This document shows positions 17,546-30,119 of a stretch of DNA of 64,000 bases, piece after piece. The position numbers and the translations under genes were made by a program. The notes beneath the pieces were generated by a model. It did no database searches and was not told the origin of the DNA. It worked only from the letters and a program-made list of their open reading frames with translations. Positions within the stretch are counted from its first letter, which is position 1. Each line of letters starts with the position of its first letter. The stretch lies in the sequence record NC_027399.1; one strand, 5' to 3'.

Positions 17546-18025
17546 ATGATTCAGATACACAATGGTAATCTGTTTGAAAAATACATCACACTAAACACCC
17601 CACCAGACGCTCTACACATCATTGTACACGGTTGTAACGCACAGGGTAAGATGGGATCAGGGTTTGCTAAAGAACTACGCACACGCTTTCCAGTGGCTTA
17701 TACGGAGTATTCAGAACACATATCAATGATTGGTACGGATAATGTATTAGGTACTGTATCATATGTTGCCATTGATGAAAAGTTGATTATTGCAAATGCC
17801 ATTACACAGCAGTACTATGGATATGATTCCAAAAAATATGTAAGTTATGATGCAGTTGACACTGCTTTTAAAAATTTGAATGCATTTTGTGATTGTGATA
17901 AAATAATACATGTGCATTTCCCTAAGATTGGAGCCGATTTAGGCGGAGGTAACTGGAACGTTATCAAGGAAATCATTGATGGTTCACTCATCAATGCACA
18001 CAAACATTTATATATTCTAAACTAA
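17546..18025 (+). CDS. macrodomain (ADP-ribose processing) protein
   Basis: HGCNAQGKMGSGFA and FPKIGADLGGGNW. Confidence 0.85.
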   Translation: MIQIHNGNLFEKYITLNTPPDALHIIVHGCNAQGKMGSGFAKELRTRFPVAYTEYSEHISMIGTDNVLGTVSYVAIDEKLIIANAITQQYYGYDSKKYVSYDAVDTAFKNLNAFCDCDKIIHVHFPKIGADLGGGNWNVIKEIIDGSLINAHKHLYILN

Positions 18026-18041
18026 AAAAGGACTTGACACT

Positions 18042-18356
18042 ATGACTAAAAATGTTAAACTATTCCATGTAAATTCAGTTGGTCCAGTACTGGCAATCAT
18101 CCAACAAGAAACCGCCGAGGCTATTGTTGTGAATGACCCACTACAATTGGGTACAGATGAAAAAGGTGAACTAATGATGATGGATTATCTTGATATGATT
18201 ACTGAACACAAAGCAGTTGTATTTTACAAAAACAACATCATTAGTGTGAGTACTCCAGTACCACAACTGGCTAAACTTTATGTTGAAGCAGTCAAGGGTG
18301 AAGAAGATTCTGCTCCTAAGCTAATCGTCCCTGACAATAAAATTATCACACGTTAA
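18042..18356 (+). CDS. conserved phage protein, possibly Sm-like beta fold
   Basis: Beta-rich 104 aa ending PKLIVP; fold is a guess. Confidence 0.6.
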   Translation: MTKNVKLFHVNSVGPVLAIIQQETAEAIVVNDPLQLGTDEKGELMMMDYLDMITEHKAVVFYKNNIISVSTPVPQLAKLYVEAVKGEEDSAPKLIVPDNKIITR

Positions 18357-18376
18357 TATACTAAAAAGGTACAGTT

Positions 18377-18757
18377 ATGTCCAATAAAGAAGCAGTAAAC
18401 ACTATTCAAGCTATTCTGATTATGGCAAATGATCAACCAAACCCAAAAGAACTTGTTATGGCTGGCATGACTGTACTACACCAGTACAACCCAGCTTCAC
18501 CTAATTTTGTAGGTCAAGCAGAAGCAGAAGAATTTAAAAAGCATTGGGACTCGTGGATTAAAAATAATATGGAACAAGTGGTATACGTATGTAACTCAGA
18601 AGAAGACATGGAACAAATCGAGTACCAGGCTAATATGGAATCTATTCCTCTTAGTATTTTCGGTAATGGTGAAAAATGTCTTGTACTTGGACCATTCAGT
18701 GCTGAAGATATTGAACGAGTGACACATGAACTCGTTGAAGGAAGTATTCAGTACTAA
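18377..18757 (+). CDS. peptidyl-tRNA hydrolase 2 (Pth2)-like protein, degenerate
   Basis: W..NNMEQVVYVCNSEEDM...A....IP...CLVLGPFSAEDIERVTHEL follows the Pth2 C-terminal pattern. Confidence 0.5.
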   Translation: MSNKEAVNTIQAILIMANDQPNPKELVMAGMTVLHQYNPASPNFVGQAEAEEFKKHWDSWIKNNMEQVVYVCNSEEDMEQIEYQANMESIPLSIFGNGEKCLVLGPFSAEDIERVTHELVEGSIQY

Positions 18758-18802
18758 TACAATTATAATATAGCACCTCTAAATAATGTATATAACATTA
18801 AA

Positions 18803-19603
18803 ATGAGGTGCTATATGTACGATTATATGGCTGGCAATCCAGATGCTCCAAATTTTGATCACAGAGAGAAAATTAAAGATACTATTACACAAATGCTTGG
18901 TGCAGGTGCTGTAAATGTAGAACTCACTGATGGTCAACTTGAAATTGCAATAGATAATGCAGTGAGTAATTACAGAGCATGGAGTTCTGCATCAAAAGAA
19001 GAAGCATTTTTACATTTAAAAATGTTCGATTCACAGAGTGTTTATGTACTTCCTACTGAAGTTGAAATAGTACATAAAATTTATCGCTACGGAAATGGAT
19101 ATTTAAGTTCTGGACAAGGTTCAGCAACTGACCCTTTTAGTTTAGCATTCACCAATAGTTATGTCCTCCAATCTGCACGAAATGCAGGTGGTTATGATTT
19201 AGCTACTTATGATTTTTCATTCCAATATCAAGAACTTGTCGCCAGAATGTTTGGAAGAGATATTATTTTTCAATTCAATCCAGTAACAAAGAAATTAGTA
19301 CTTGATCGTGATATTCGAGGAAATGAAGAAGTATTAATTCATGTTTTTCAAAACTTACCAGAACCGATGTTATTCCAGAAACAACAATCGTATCCATGGT
19401 TGCGTGATTGGGCTTTATCAGAAGCCATGATCATGTTAGGTAGAAACCGTAATAAATTTGCCACTCTACCCGGTCCACAAGGTACATTTTCAATGGATGG
19501 ACAACAGATGCTCGCAGATGGTCAACAATTGCAACAAGAATTAAAAGAACGATTAAGAAAATACGAAGATGGTTCTCAACCACTTGGTATGATTATTGGA
19601 TAA
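18803..19603 (+). CDS. neck protein (T4 gp13-like)
   Basis: VELTDGQLEIAID; WLRDWAL..LGRNRNKFATLPGPQG; TAAATA at 18780; start may be ATG 18815. Confidence 0.85.
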   Translation: MRCYMYDYMAGNPDAPNFDHREKIKDTITQMLGAGAVNVELTDGQLEIAIDNAVSNYRAWSSASKEEAFLHLKMFDSQSVYVLPTEVEIVHKIYRYGNGYLSSGQGSATDPFSLAFTNSYVLQSARNAGGYDLATYDFSFQYQELVARMFGRDIIFQFNPVTKKLVLDRDIRGNEEVLIHVFQNLPEPMLFQKQQSYPWLRDWALSEAMIMLGRNRNKFATLPGPQGTFSMDGQQMLADGQQLQQELKERLRKYEDGSQPLGMIIG

Positions 19604-19610
19604 TTAAAAA

Positions 19611-19657
19611 AATAAAAAAGTACTAATATGGGTTTCTGTATTAGTACTTTTATTTTA
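19611..19657 (+). terminator. AT-rich hairpin terminator with AGTACT in both arms
   Basis: AAAAGTACTAATA...TATTAGTACTTTT. Confidence 0.55.
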
Positions 19658-19669
19658 TGGTACTAACAA

Positions 19670-21673
19670 ATGACAAATGCAGAATTAAAAGAATTATTAA
19701 ATTGTAAGAACATAAATTCATGGCCTTACTTGTATAAACATGATATTGAAATACGTGATATTCTTTCAATATATAATATAATCCCAAAAACCAATAAAGA
19801 TATTTTTAAATTATTTTACCTATTCATGAATTCATATTCTGAAGAACCAAAAGCTTATTGTGGAAAACCAGCAGTGTATGTTAATTATAAGAATGGGTTT
19901 TATAAAGTATGTTCTGATTTTAATGCAAAAGATAAAAATTCTTGTAAAATTTGTACTGAAATGCGTTACAAATCAAGGACTGAAAATACAAAGAAAAGTA
20001 ATTTGGAAAAATATGGAGTTGAAAATATTTCACAGGTTCAATCCATAAAAGATAAAAAAGAAAAAACATGTATTGAAAAATTTGGTGCAAGTACTAATTT
20101 AAAGACTAAAGAAACCAAAGACAAAATAAAAAATACCAACAGAAAGAAATTCGGTACTGATCATCCTTTGCAAAATACTGATATTTTATTAAAACAGCAA
20201 AATACAAATATAAAACGTTATGGGGTAAAATATCAAGGACAACGTGAAGAAGTAAAGAATAAGATTAAAGAAACAAATTTGAAAATTCGTGGAGTTCCTT
20301 ATGTATTACAGGATGAAAACATTAGGTCAAAGATCAAAGATACTAATATGAAAAAATATGGTGCTTCTTGTATTTTTTCAACACAATATTATAAAGAAAT
20401 AATAATTAATACTAATATTAAAAAATACAATGCATTATATCCAATGCAGAATTCTGATATTCTTAATAAAAGATGTATGACAAATAATAAATTATATGGT
20501 GGTAATTCACCAAGTTGTGATTCTTCAGTACTGAATAAAATGAAGAACACTACACTAGAAAGATATGGTGTTGAATATTATTCCCAAAGCGACGAATATA
20601 AAATTTATATTCAAGATTCATTGTATATGGATAGATATGATATAATTTCAACGAATATTGATTATAATTATATTCCTCTTTTTGATGAAGATGATTTGAT
20701 ATTCAGAACCAACATGGATTTATTACCATTTTGGTGTAATTATTGTGATGATTTATTCTATTCTAAACACAAACAAAATAATATCAAATGTAATTGTCAA
20801 ATAAAACATGGAGTATCTATTAAAGAATTAGAGTTAAGAAATTATATAGTATCGTTAATTCCAGATGAAGATATCATTTTCAATGATCGTACTATTCTTA
20901 ATGGGAAGGAACTTGACATTTATATACCTAATTTGAATTTAGCATTTGAATTTAATGGTATGTATTGGCACAGTAATAATATTATAGACAAAAATATGCA
21001 CCAAAACAAAGTACTACAATGTAAAGAACAAGGTATTAATTTAATTCATGTTTTTGAAGATGAGTGGGATTCCAAAAATGAATTAATTAAAAATCGCATT
21101 AAAAGTAAATTAAATAAATCTCCAAAAATTTATGCAAGAAAATGCACAGTTGGTAATGTCGATAATACTACATACAAAGATTTTTGTAATTTATTTCATA
21201 TTCAGGGTTACACTGAAGCAAAAATCAAAATTGGATTGTATTATGATTATGAACTGGTTGCTGTAATGTCATTTGGAGCACCGAGAAACAAAAGTGATAA
21301 AATTAAATATGAATATGAATTAATTCGTTACTGTTCAGATGGTTCAGTTATTGGTGGTGCTTCAAAAATACTCAAATATTTTGAAAAGAAATATAAACCA
21401 AAATCACTAATGTCATATGCAGATATGAACTGGAGTAATGGAAACTTATATTCAGTACTGGGATTCACTGAAGAGTCATATACCAAACCTGGGTATTTTT
21501 ATTATAACAAAGAAACCAACGAACGAATTTCCAGACAACGTTGTCAAAAACATAAACTGGTTAAATTGGGATATGATAGTAATTTAACTGAAACTACAAT
21601 CTGTTGTGATATTATTGGATATCTAAAAATTTACGATAGTGGTAATTTAAAATACGTTAAAAAATATCAATAA
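19670..21673 (+). mobile_element. free-standing homing endonuclease-like gene (KYG repeats, PD-(D/E)xK domain, C-terminal GNAT-like domain)
   Basis: Repeated (K/R)YG modules; ELDIYIP..LAFEFNGMYWH; C-terminal HIQG..VMSFG..YELIRYC..SYAD. Confidence 0.7.
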
Positions 21674-21697
21674 CTCTTTTCTTAAAAGGATAATTAT

Positions 21698-22324
21698 GTG
21701 AAAAGAAATATAGTTGCAATCAATGGAACAATAGGGAGTGGGAAAGATACTTTTGCACAAGCATTTATTGACAATGGATACACGAGATTATCTTTTGCCA
21801 AAAATCTAAAAGATACTGTATCAGCAATATTTGGATGGGATCGTGAAATGCTCGAAGGTACAACACCAGAAAGTAGAAAAATTCGTGAAATGGTTGATCC
21901 CTACTGGTGTGAAAAATTAGGACGAAATGATGTTTCTCCGAGATGGGTGCTGCAAAATTTTGGTACAAATGTACTTCGTAAGCATTTCCATGATAACATT
22001 TGGGTTTTTAGTTTAGAAAAAACAATGAACCAAATAGAAGGTAACATTATTATTACTGATTGTAGATTTCCTAATGAACTTGAAATGATTCGTAAAAATA
22101 ATGGAATAGTTATTGAAGTACAAAGAACAATTCCATATTGGTATGGTTTGGCATCAGAATACAATAAAGGATTTATTAATATGCTACCAGTTGAACTGGA
22201 AGATATTCATGAATCAGAATGGAAATGGATTGGTGTAAACGAACCAGATTATGTTGTAAAAAATACAGAAACCCTTCAATCTCTTCAGGATAAAGCATTA
22301 AAAATTATTTCATTAATGAAATAA
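21698..22324 (+). CDS. deoxynucleoside monophosphate kinase (T4 gp1-like)
   Basis: GTIGSGKDT, SFAKNLKD, PRWVLQNFGT, ITDCRFPNE. Confidence 0.88.
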   Translation: MKRNIVAINGTIGSGKDTFAQAFIDNGYTRLSFAKNLKDTVSAIFGWDREMLEGTTPESRKIREMVDPYWCEKLGRNDVSPRWVLQNFGTNVLRKHFHDNIWVFSLEKTMNQIEGNIIITDCRFPNELEMIRKNNGIVIEVQRTIPYWYGLASEYNKGFINMLPVELEDIHESEWKWIGVNEPDYVVKNTETLQSLQDKALKIISLMK

Positions 22325-22360
22325 TTTTCTCATTTCTAACATCCCTCATTAATCCTCCAA

Positions 22361-22366
22361 TAAATA
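22361..22366 (+). promoter_or_regulatory. late promoter TAAATA (sheath)
   Basis: CTCCAATAAATA, identical 12-mer also upstream of the tube gene (25151-25162). Confidence 0.65.
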
Positions 22367-22419
22367 ATACTATACGAGAATAATCGAATAGAACCAAATT
22401 ATTTTTGGAGGATTTTTTT

Positions 22420-25086
22420 ATGGCAGATTTAATCAGCCCAGGAGTTGACGTACAGATTACTGATGAAAGCATTAGTACTGCATCCACTCCAGGAACTGTA
22501 CCCCTATTTGTTTTAGCCACTGCTCAAGATAAATTAGTACCGGGATCAACTTCAATTGCATCCGCTACAACTCAAGCGAATGCTAATACACTACAACTAG
22601 TAACATCACAGAAAAATGTACTTGATCTGTTTGGTACTCCAGTTTTTCAGGTTGACAGCACCGGAAGCGTAGTTCAGGGTGATGAACTAAATGAATATGG
22701 TTTACATGCAGTATATTCCTATATGGGAATTTCTAACCGTGCATATGTTGTACGTGCAGATCTCGATCTAGCACAACTATCACCAAGATCAACTGCTCCA
22801 ACTGGCCCAGTTTCTAACGGTACCCTTTGGTTAGATATGACTTCTTCTCAAGTAGAAGCTTATATTGCTAAAGTGGAAAACCCATCAAGTTTCCATGACT
22901 GGGAATTAAAAACAGTACATATGGTAACTGCTGAGGATGTTGATGATGTTGATACTACAGAATATAATATTGACGATTTGGTATTGCGTTTTAAACCAAG
23001 TAATGGTCAATTTTTAATGTATAAACTGGAAGTACAAGGTCTGGTGCAACCAAACACCATTCTTTCACTAATCAATAAAGTACCTACTGGTGCAAATATT
23101 TCTGTTGGTGATGTGTGGATCCGTGATGGTTATACACAAAATGGTTCCAATTATTTTGGTACTCGTTTTGTAATTAAACGTTATATGTCACTTACTGGTG
23201 TATGGACTGTAGTACCAACTTATACAGGTAACAACTTCGCTGAAATCGAATCTAAGAGTGGTGTTTTCAATACAAGTTATATTGCATCTCGATTTGATTT
23301 AGATAGTAATAGTTTTTCTTTTTATCTACAGAGTGGAAAAACAGTATCACAAAATAGTCCTGCTGTTCCAGTCGGTGAACTAACTCCGACCACTGCTACT
23401 CAAATTTCATATTTAACTTTCTCTTATCTGGATAAAGTTACAAAACTTGTAGCAGTTAAACAAGGTGAAACAATTAATACCGCAACAATAATTAGTAATA
23501 TTTCTTCAAGTAAAGATATGGCTAATGCAGGTTTTAGTTTTGTCCGAGATTCAAATGGTGCTCTGGTTGTTAGCAACAAAAATGGCTATAGTTTCAAGAC
23601 TACTCAAACTGGTGATGTACTATTCAGTAATACTGAATTTGCTAAACTATCAGTTGTTGAAAGTTCAAACTATTCTATTCTGAATCCTAATAATTTCAAA
23701 GGCAACACTGATACCCCAACCAGTATTGCTAAAGATGGTACTTATTGGTATGATTTTTCCAATAGTGATAACTTGACTGTTACTATGTATACCGCTGATT
23801 ATGCAACTGATTCATGGAAACTTGTTGACAGTTCTAATCAATATGTACAAGTCGATGAACCCACTGCTGATCGTGAATTCTGGGTACTACCACTTTCACA
23901 AGGCGTTGATGGTTATGTTTTCTATCGTAACATCAACGGTTCATGGGTTAAACTTGATACTACGGATCAAAGTACCCTTAACGGCATGATTTTCGAAGAT
24001 TTTAACTTCCCTGATACTGTACCAGCACCAGAATTATATCAAAACTCTATGCTCGCTATCGACATGGGTAATACTGAAGGTGTTGTAAAGAAAATGGAAG
24101 ATGGCGAATGGCACGTAGTTAGTGGTACTAACCTAAGTGGTAGTGGTCTTTTCGGTCGTGCCGCACAACGTCAAATTGTTGTACAAGCACTTCAAGCAGT
24201 ACTGGTAGGTAATGAAGATATTCGTTCTGAATGGATTAGCTATAACCTAATCTGTGTTCCTGGATATGTTGAAACACTGGATGAATGCGTGACTCTTAAC
24301 GTAGATCGTAAAGAAACTGCGTTCATTATTACTGATGTTCCAGCACGATTAGATCCAACTGGTAATGGTAATGATGTACAAGCATGGGCCAGCAATGCAA
24401 ATAATGCGGCTAGTAATGGTGACGTTGGTCGTACAACCACTTATGACTATGCTGCTGAATACATGGGATGGTGCCTGAGTACTAACGTTGACGGTACTGA
24501 AATTGCAGTTCCTGGTAGTACAATAGCAATGCGTACTATTGCTTATAGTGATAGCATCAGTCATGTTTGGAACCCACCTGCGGGTACTTCAAACGGGGTT
24601 GTTACCAATGCAAGTTCTGTTGGTTTTATTAACTCAGAAGGTGAATATCAATCCGTTCAGTACTCTGAAGGACAACGTGATGTGATGTACTCAAACAATA
24701 TTAACCCTATTGCTATGCGTCCAACTCGCGGTCTTCTAATTTGGGGTCAAAAAACACTAAGTGCTGACAGTACTTCTGCACTAAGTCGTGTTAATGTCGC
24801 TCGTCTGATGTGTTATATTCGCAAACAAGTTGCTATCATTGCTGAACCATTCCTATTCCGACTGAATACACCAAGTACTCGTCAGGAATTCACTGGTGTG
24901 ATGAATGCATTCTTCAGTGAATTAGTGCAAAATAATGCACTATATGATTTTACTGTAGTGTGTGATGAGAGTAATAACACCTCCGCCCGTATCGACCGTA
25001 ACGAACTGTGGTGTGATATTGCAGTACAACCAGTGCGAGCAATTGAATTCATCTATATTCCAATTCGTATTGAAAACACTCAATAA
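22420..25086 (+). CDS. tail sheath protein (gp18-like) with large insertion
   Basis: LISPGVDVQITDES; NELNEYGLHA-like motif; C-terminal RVNVARL, VVCDESNNT..IDRNELWCDIAVQP. Confidence 0.92.
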   Translation: MADLISPGVDVQITDESISTASTPGTVPLFVLATAQDKLVPGSTSIASATTQANANTLQLVTSQKNVLDLFGTPVFQVDSTGSVVQGDELNEYGLHAVYSYMGISNRAYVVRADLDLAQLSPRSTAPTGPVSNGTLWLDMTSSQVEAYIAKVENPSSFHDWELKTVHMVTAEDVDDVDTTEYNIDDLVLRFKPSNGQFLMYKLEVQGLVQPNTILSLINKVPTGANISVGDVWIRDGYTQNGSNYFGTRFVIKRYMSLTGVWTVVPTYTGNNFAEIESKSGVFNTSYIASRFDLDSNSFSFYLQSGKTVSQNSPAVPVGELTPTTATQISYLTFSYLDKVTKLVAVKQGETINTATIISNISSSKDMANAGFSFVRDSNGALVVSNKNGYSFKTTQTGDVLFSNTEFAKLSVVESSNYSILNPNNFKGNTDTPTSIAKDGTYWYDFSNSDNLTVTMYTADYATDSWKLVDSSNQYVQVDEPTADREFWVLPLSQGVDGYVFYRNINGSWVKLDTTDQSTLNGMIFEDFNFPDTVPAPELYQNSMLAIDMGNTEGVVKKMEDGEWHVVSGTNLSGSGLFGRAAQRQIVVQALQAVLVGNEDIRSEWISYNLICVPGYVETLDECVTLNVDRKETAFIITDVPARLDPTGNGNDVQAWASNANNAASNGDVGRTTTYDYAAEYMGWCLSTNVDGTEIAVPGSTIAMRTIAYSDSISHVWNPPAGTSNGVVTNASSVGFINSEGEYQSVQYSEGQRDVMYSNNINPIAMRPTRGLLIWGQKTLSADSTSALSRVNVARLMCYIRKQVAIIAEPFLFRLNTPSTRQEFTGVMNAFFSELVQNNALYDFTVVCDESNNTSARIDRNELWCDIAVQPVRAIEFIYIPIRIENTQ

Positions 25087-25090
25087 TACA

Positions 25091-25123
25091 AAAAAGGGAA
25101 CTTTCGAGTTCCCTTTTTATTTT
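25091..25123 (+). terminator. intrinsic terminator with UUCG loop
   Basis: GGGAACT-TTCG-AGTTCCC + T tract. Confidence 0.85.
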
Positions 25124-25205
25124 ATAAGTTAGTACAGGTTGTGGTTATTTCTCCAATAAATAAATATAAAGAGAATTATATATTCCTTAGTGGAGAAATT
25201 ATAAT

Positions 25206-25889
25206 ATGGCGACAATGCTTGATAAGTATGGCGTACCCATTAGTGGTGGCGGCAATATGATGAAAAGCCCTAAACCAAAATATCGATACAGAGTTATCTT
25301 TTTTGGTTTTGGTGCAAACGACGATGGTAACATGATTACCCTTGATACCAATACCGTCGGTGCAGTTAGTGTATCACATGAAAATGTAACTGTTCATAGT
25401 TATAACTCAAGTGCACATTACAAAGGGAAATATTCATGGAACACAATTGAAGTTGCATTTCGTGATTCTGTTGGTAATGACAGTGCTAAAGCAGTTTATA
25501 ACCAAATGCGTAAAGAGTTTAACTATTATACTCAGGAATCACGCACTTCTGATTCACAATTTAAATTCGAAATGTGGATTCAGGAACTGGATGGTAGTAA
25601 CTCATCTGAACGTACCAATTTATTTCAGGGTACTCTGAGTACTTGGGTTTGTCAGGGTTGTTTTATTACTGAAACCAACTTTGGTGAATGGGATTATTCC
25701 AGTTCTGATCCACAAGTTATTACCATGACAGTTCAACCAGATGGTTGTGCTAAACTTGGGCCTACTGGTCTTCCATTCGGTGATGAAGTTTCCGGTAATG
25801 GTACTCCAGAAGGTGCTTCTTCTATTAGTGGTGCACAAACAGTCATTAATGAAACATCTATAACTGATAGTAACTTCTATACTTCATAA
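25206..25889 (+). CDS. tail tube protein (gp19-like)
   Basis: Follows sheath; PKPKYRYRV, WNTIEVAFRD, QGCFITETNFGEWDYSSSD. Confidence 0.85.
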   Translation: MATMLDKYGVPISGGGNMMKSPKPKYRYRVIFFGFGANDDGNMITLDTNTVGAVSVSHENVTVHSYNSSAHYKGKYSWNTIEVAFRDSVGNDSAKAVYNQMRKEFNYYTQESRTSDSQFKFEMWIQELDGSNSSERTNLFQGTLSTWVCQGCFITETNFGEWDYSSSDPQVITMTVQPDGCAKLGPTGLPFGDEVSGNGTPEGASSISGAQTVINETSITDSNFYTS

Positions 25890-25937
25890 TTTATTTGATA
25901 AATAATAAAGTATGTTTCATATAACTTCCTTGTAAAC

Positions 25938-25973
25938 AAAAGCTCCGATGCTAAAAACGTCGGAGCTTTTTTT
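25938..25973 (+). terminator. intrinsic terminator
   Basis: AAAGCTCCGA...TCGGAGCTTTTTTT. Confidence 0.8.
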
Positions 25974-26029
25974 GTTTATTATATTCGCTAAATAATAGAT
26001 AAAACCTAATATAATACAGAGGTTAAAGT

Positions 26030-26803
26030 ATGGCTGATATGCTATCCAAATACGGTGTACCTATGCCGAGTGGTAAAAACAAAACTATGCTACAACCTAA
26101 AGCACAATATAAATTCAGAGTTATTGTATACAATTTCGGTACAGAAATTGATGAACGAGATCATATTGCTTTAGATGTTGACAAAGTTGACAGACCAAGT
26201 ATTTCATTTTCAACACATAAATTATATCAGTTCACGACTAACACATCCTATATCGGTAGTTATGACTGGAAAGAAATTAAATTAACAATCAGGGATTCGA
26301 TTGGTAATGACAGTGCTAAAGCAGTATCAAGACAATTACAAAAACAAAAAGATTTTCAACGAAGAATTACTTCTAAATCAGAACAGGATTATGCTGGATA
26401 TAAATTCGGTATGATTATTCAGATGCTAAATGGGCGAAACTACGATGATAGTCTAGAATCATTGGGTAGGAATACTGCCACCAGTGTAGCTAGTGCAGTT
26501 ACAAATAATACTGGACTGGTTAATGCAATTGATAAATTTATCGGTGGTTCTACTTATAACACATCAGGTGTAATGGAATATTTTGTATGCACTGGGTGTA
26601 TTATCACTGATATAAGTTATGACTCACTTGATTATGGGTCAAGTTCACCAGTTACTATGCAACTTACTATTAAACCAGATAGCTGTCTACAATTCGATGA
26701 TATAGAAGAAATGTATAAAGTTAGAATTAGTTCACTTCTCCCAGATAGTGTTAATCAGGGTCTTGATATTTTAGATCGTGTACTCGGTAGTACTGGAATT
26801 TAA
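26030..26803 (+). CDS. tail tube paralog
   Basis: Same motif order as 25206 gene (DKYGVP, QPKAQYKFRV, WKEI.LTIRD, GCIITDISYDSLDY). Confidence 0.8.
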   Translation: MADMLSKYGVPMPSGKNKTMLQPKAQYKFRVIVYNFGTEIDERDHIALDVDKVDRPSISFSTHKLYQFTTNTSYIGSYDWKEIKLTIRDSIGNDSAKAVSRQLQKQKDFQRRITSKSEQDYAGYKFGMIIQMLNGRNYDDSLESLGRNTATSVASAVTNNTGLVNAIDKFIGGSTYNTSGVMEYFVCTGCIITDISYDSLDYGSSSPVTMQLTIKPDSCLQFDDIEEMYKVRISSLLPDSVNQGLDILDRVLGSTGI

Positions 26804-26812
26804 GGAGAATAT

Positions 26813-28972
<2,160 letters not shown>

Positions 28973-29009
28973 ATTAAACGACAACTTTATATTAATTTTG
29001 GAGTTATTA

Positions 29010-29558
29010 ATGATTAATTTACAAAAAATTCTCACCGATAATAAGCCTGTATATGAATACAGGATTAAATTTGCAACTGAACCGAGTACTGAAGACTTGA
29101 GTAAAATTACTCAACGACTTACAGATCGTTATGATGCATTTGAAATTGGTGCAGTTAAGAAAACTATTTTTATGGATAAACCACTTGATTTTTATGATAT
29201 GGATTGTGGTGAAATCTGGATGTTTGATTTTAAATGTAATCGTGGAGTACAAACCAATGTTCTTACTTATGAAATTGGTAATCTTCTGAGTATGAGTGAA
29301 GCACTAATTCGAGTGCGTAGTAAAGATTCACCAACTCAAATTGAAATGTCAATTAGTGAAGATGACATTGATTTTGATACAGTAGAAGTAATTGGCGTTG
29401 ATGTAGGTGCGGCTGTTGATAGTACTGGAATTGCTGGTCAGGAACGTGCAGATCAAGCAGTGAAAGATTCACTTAAAGCATCTGAAGAAGTAAGGGGAGC
29501 ACACAAAAAAGATAAGTACACTCACTATATGAGTGCGGCTTTTGGTAATAAGGAATAA
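29010..29558 (+). CDS. putative virion protein
   Basis: GGAG RBS, within structural operon. Confidence 0.7.
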   Translation: MINLQKILTDNKPVYEYRIKFATEPSTEDLSKITQRLTDRYDAFEIGAVKKTIFMDKPLDFYDMDCGEIWMFDFKCNRGVQTNVLTYEIGNLLSMSEALIRVRSKDSPTQIEMSISEDDIDFDTVEVIGVDVGAAVDSTGIAGQERADQAVKDSLKASEEVRGAHKKDKYTHYMSAAFGNKE

Positions 29559-29562
29559 TAAT

Positions 29563-30108
29563 ATGAGTTTATTTGATGAAGTAATTACACATAATACCGA
29601 ACTTCAAGAAGACCGTCCATATAGCCGCACACAGGGTGCTATTGATGCTGCTAAAGGTAAAGTCAAAGGTATGTTTGGCTCGGGTCAGGTAGAGCAAGGT
29701 GCACAAGAAGTTGGTGCAGAAGCTAACAAGTACTGGAACGAATTTAAACGCTATATTGGTAGAAAATATGGTAAATCCCAAAGTACGGTTCCATATAGTG
29801 ATGTTGAAGAGTTCTTTAAAGGGAATAATCTTGATACTAAGTTTCTTGGTAACAACAATCGTCGTTCATTTACTCCCAAAGATGTAGGTAATGCACTATT
29901 ACAGGCAGTTCGTCAGGAAATGAATGATTATAAAAAACAGGAAGAACCAAAACAAGAACAACCAAAACAACAGGATGACACTACTACACAAGAACGTCCT
30001 TCTACTGGTTCAGATCAGGGACAACCGGGTTCGTCTGATTCTCTAAATAATGAAATACAGAGACTTACGCCAGCAGAACGCAGTCAATTACTTTCCCTGC
30101 TGGCATAA
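29563..30108 (+). CDS. putative virion protein
   Basis: AAGGA RBS; low-complexity C-terminus. Confidence 0.7.
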   Translation: MSLFDEVITHNTELQEDRPYSRTQGAIDAAKGKVKGMFGSGQVEQGAQEVGAEANKYWNEFKRYIGRKYGKSQSTVPYSDVEEFFKGNNLDTKFLGNNNRRSFTPKDVGNALLQAVRQEMNDYKKQEEPKQEQPKQQDDTTTQERPSTGSDQGQPGSSDSLNNEIQRLTPAERSQLLSLLA

Positions 30109-30119
30109 GAGGTGATTGA

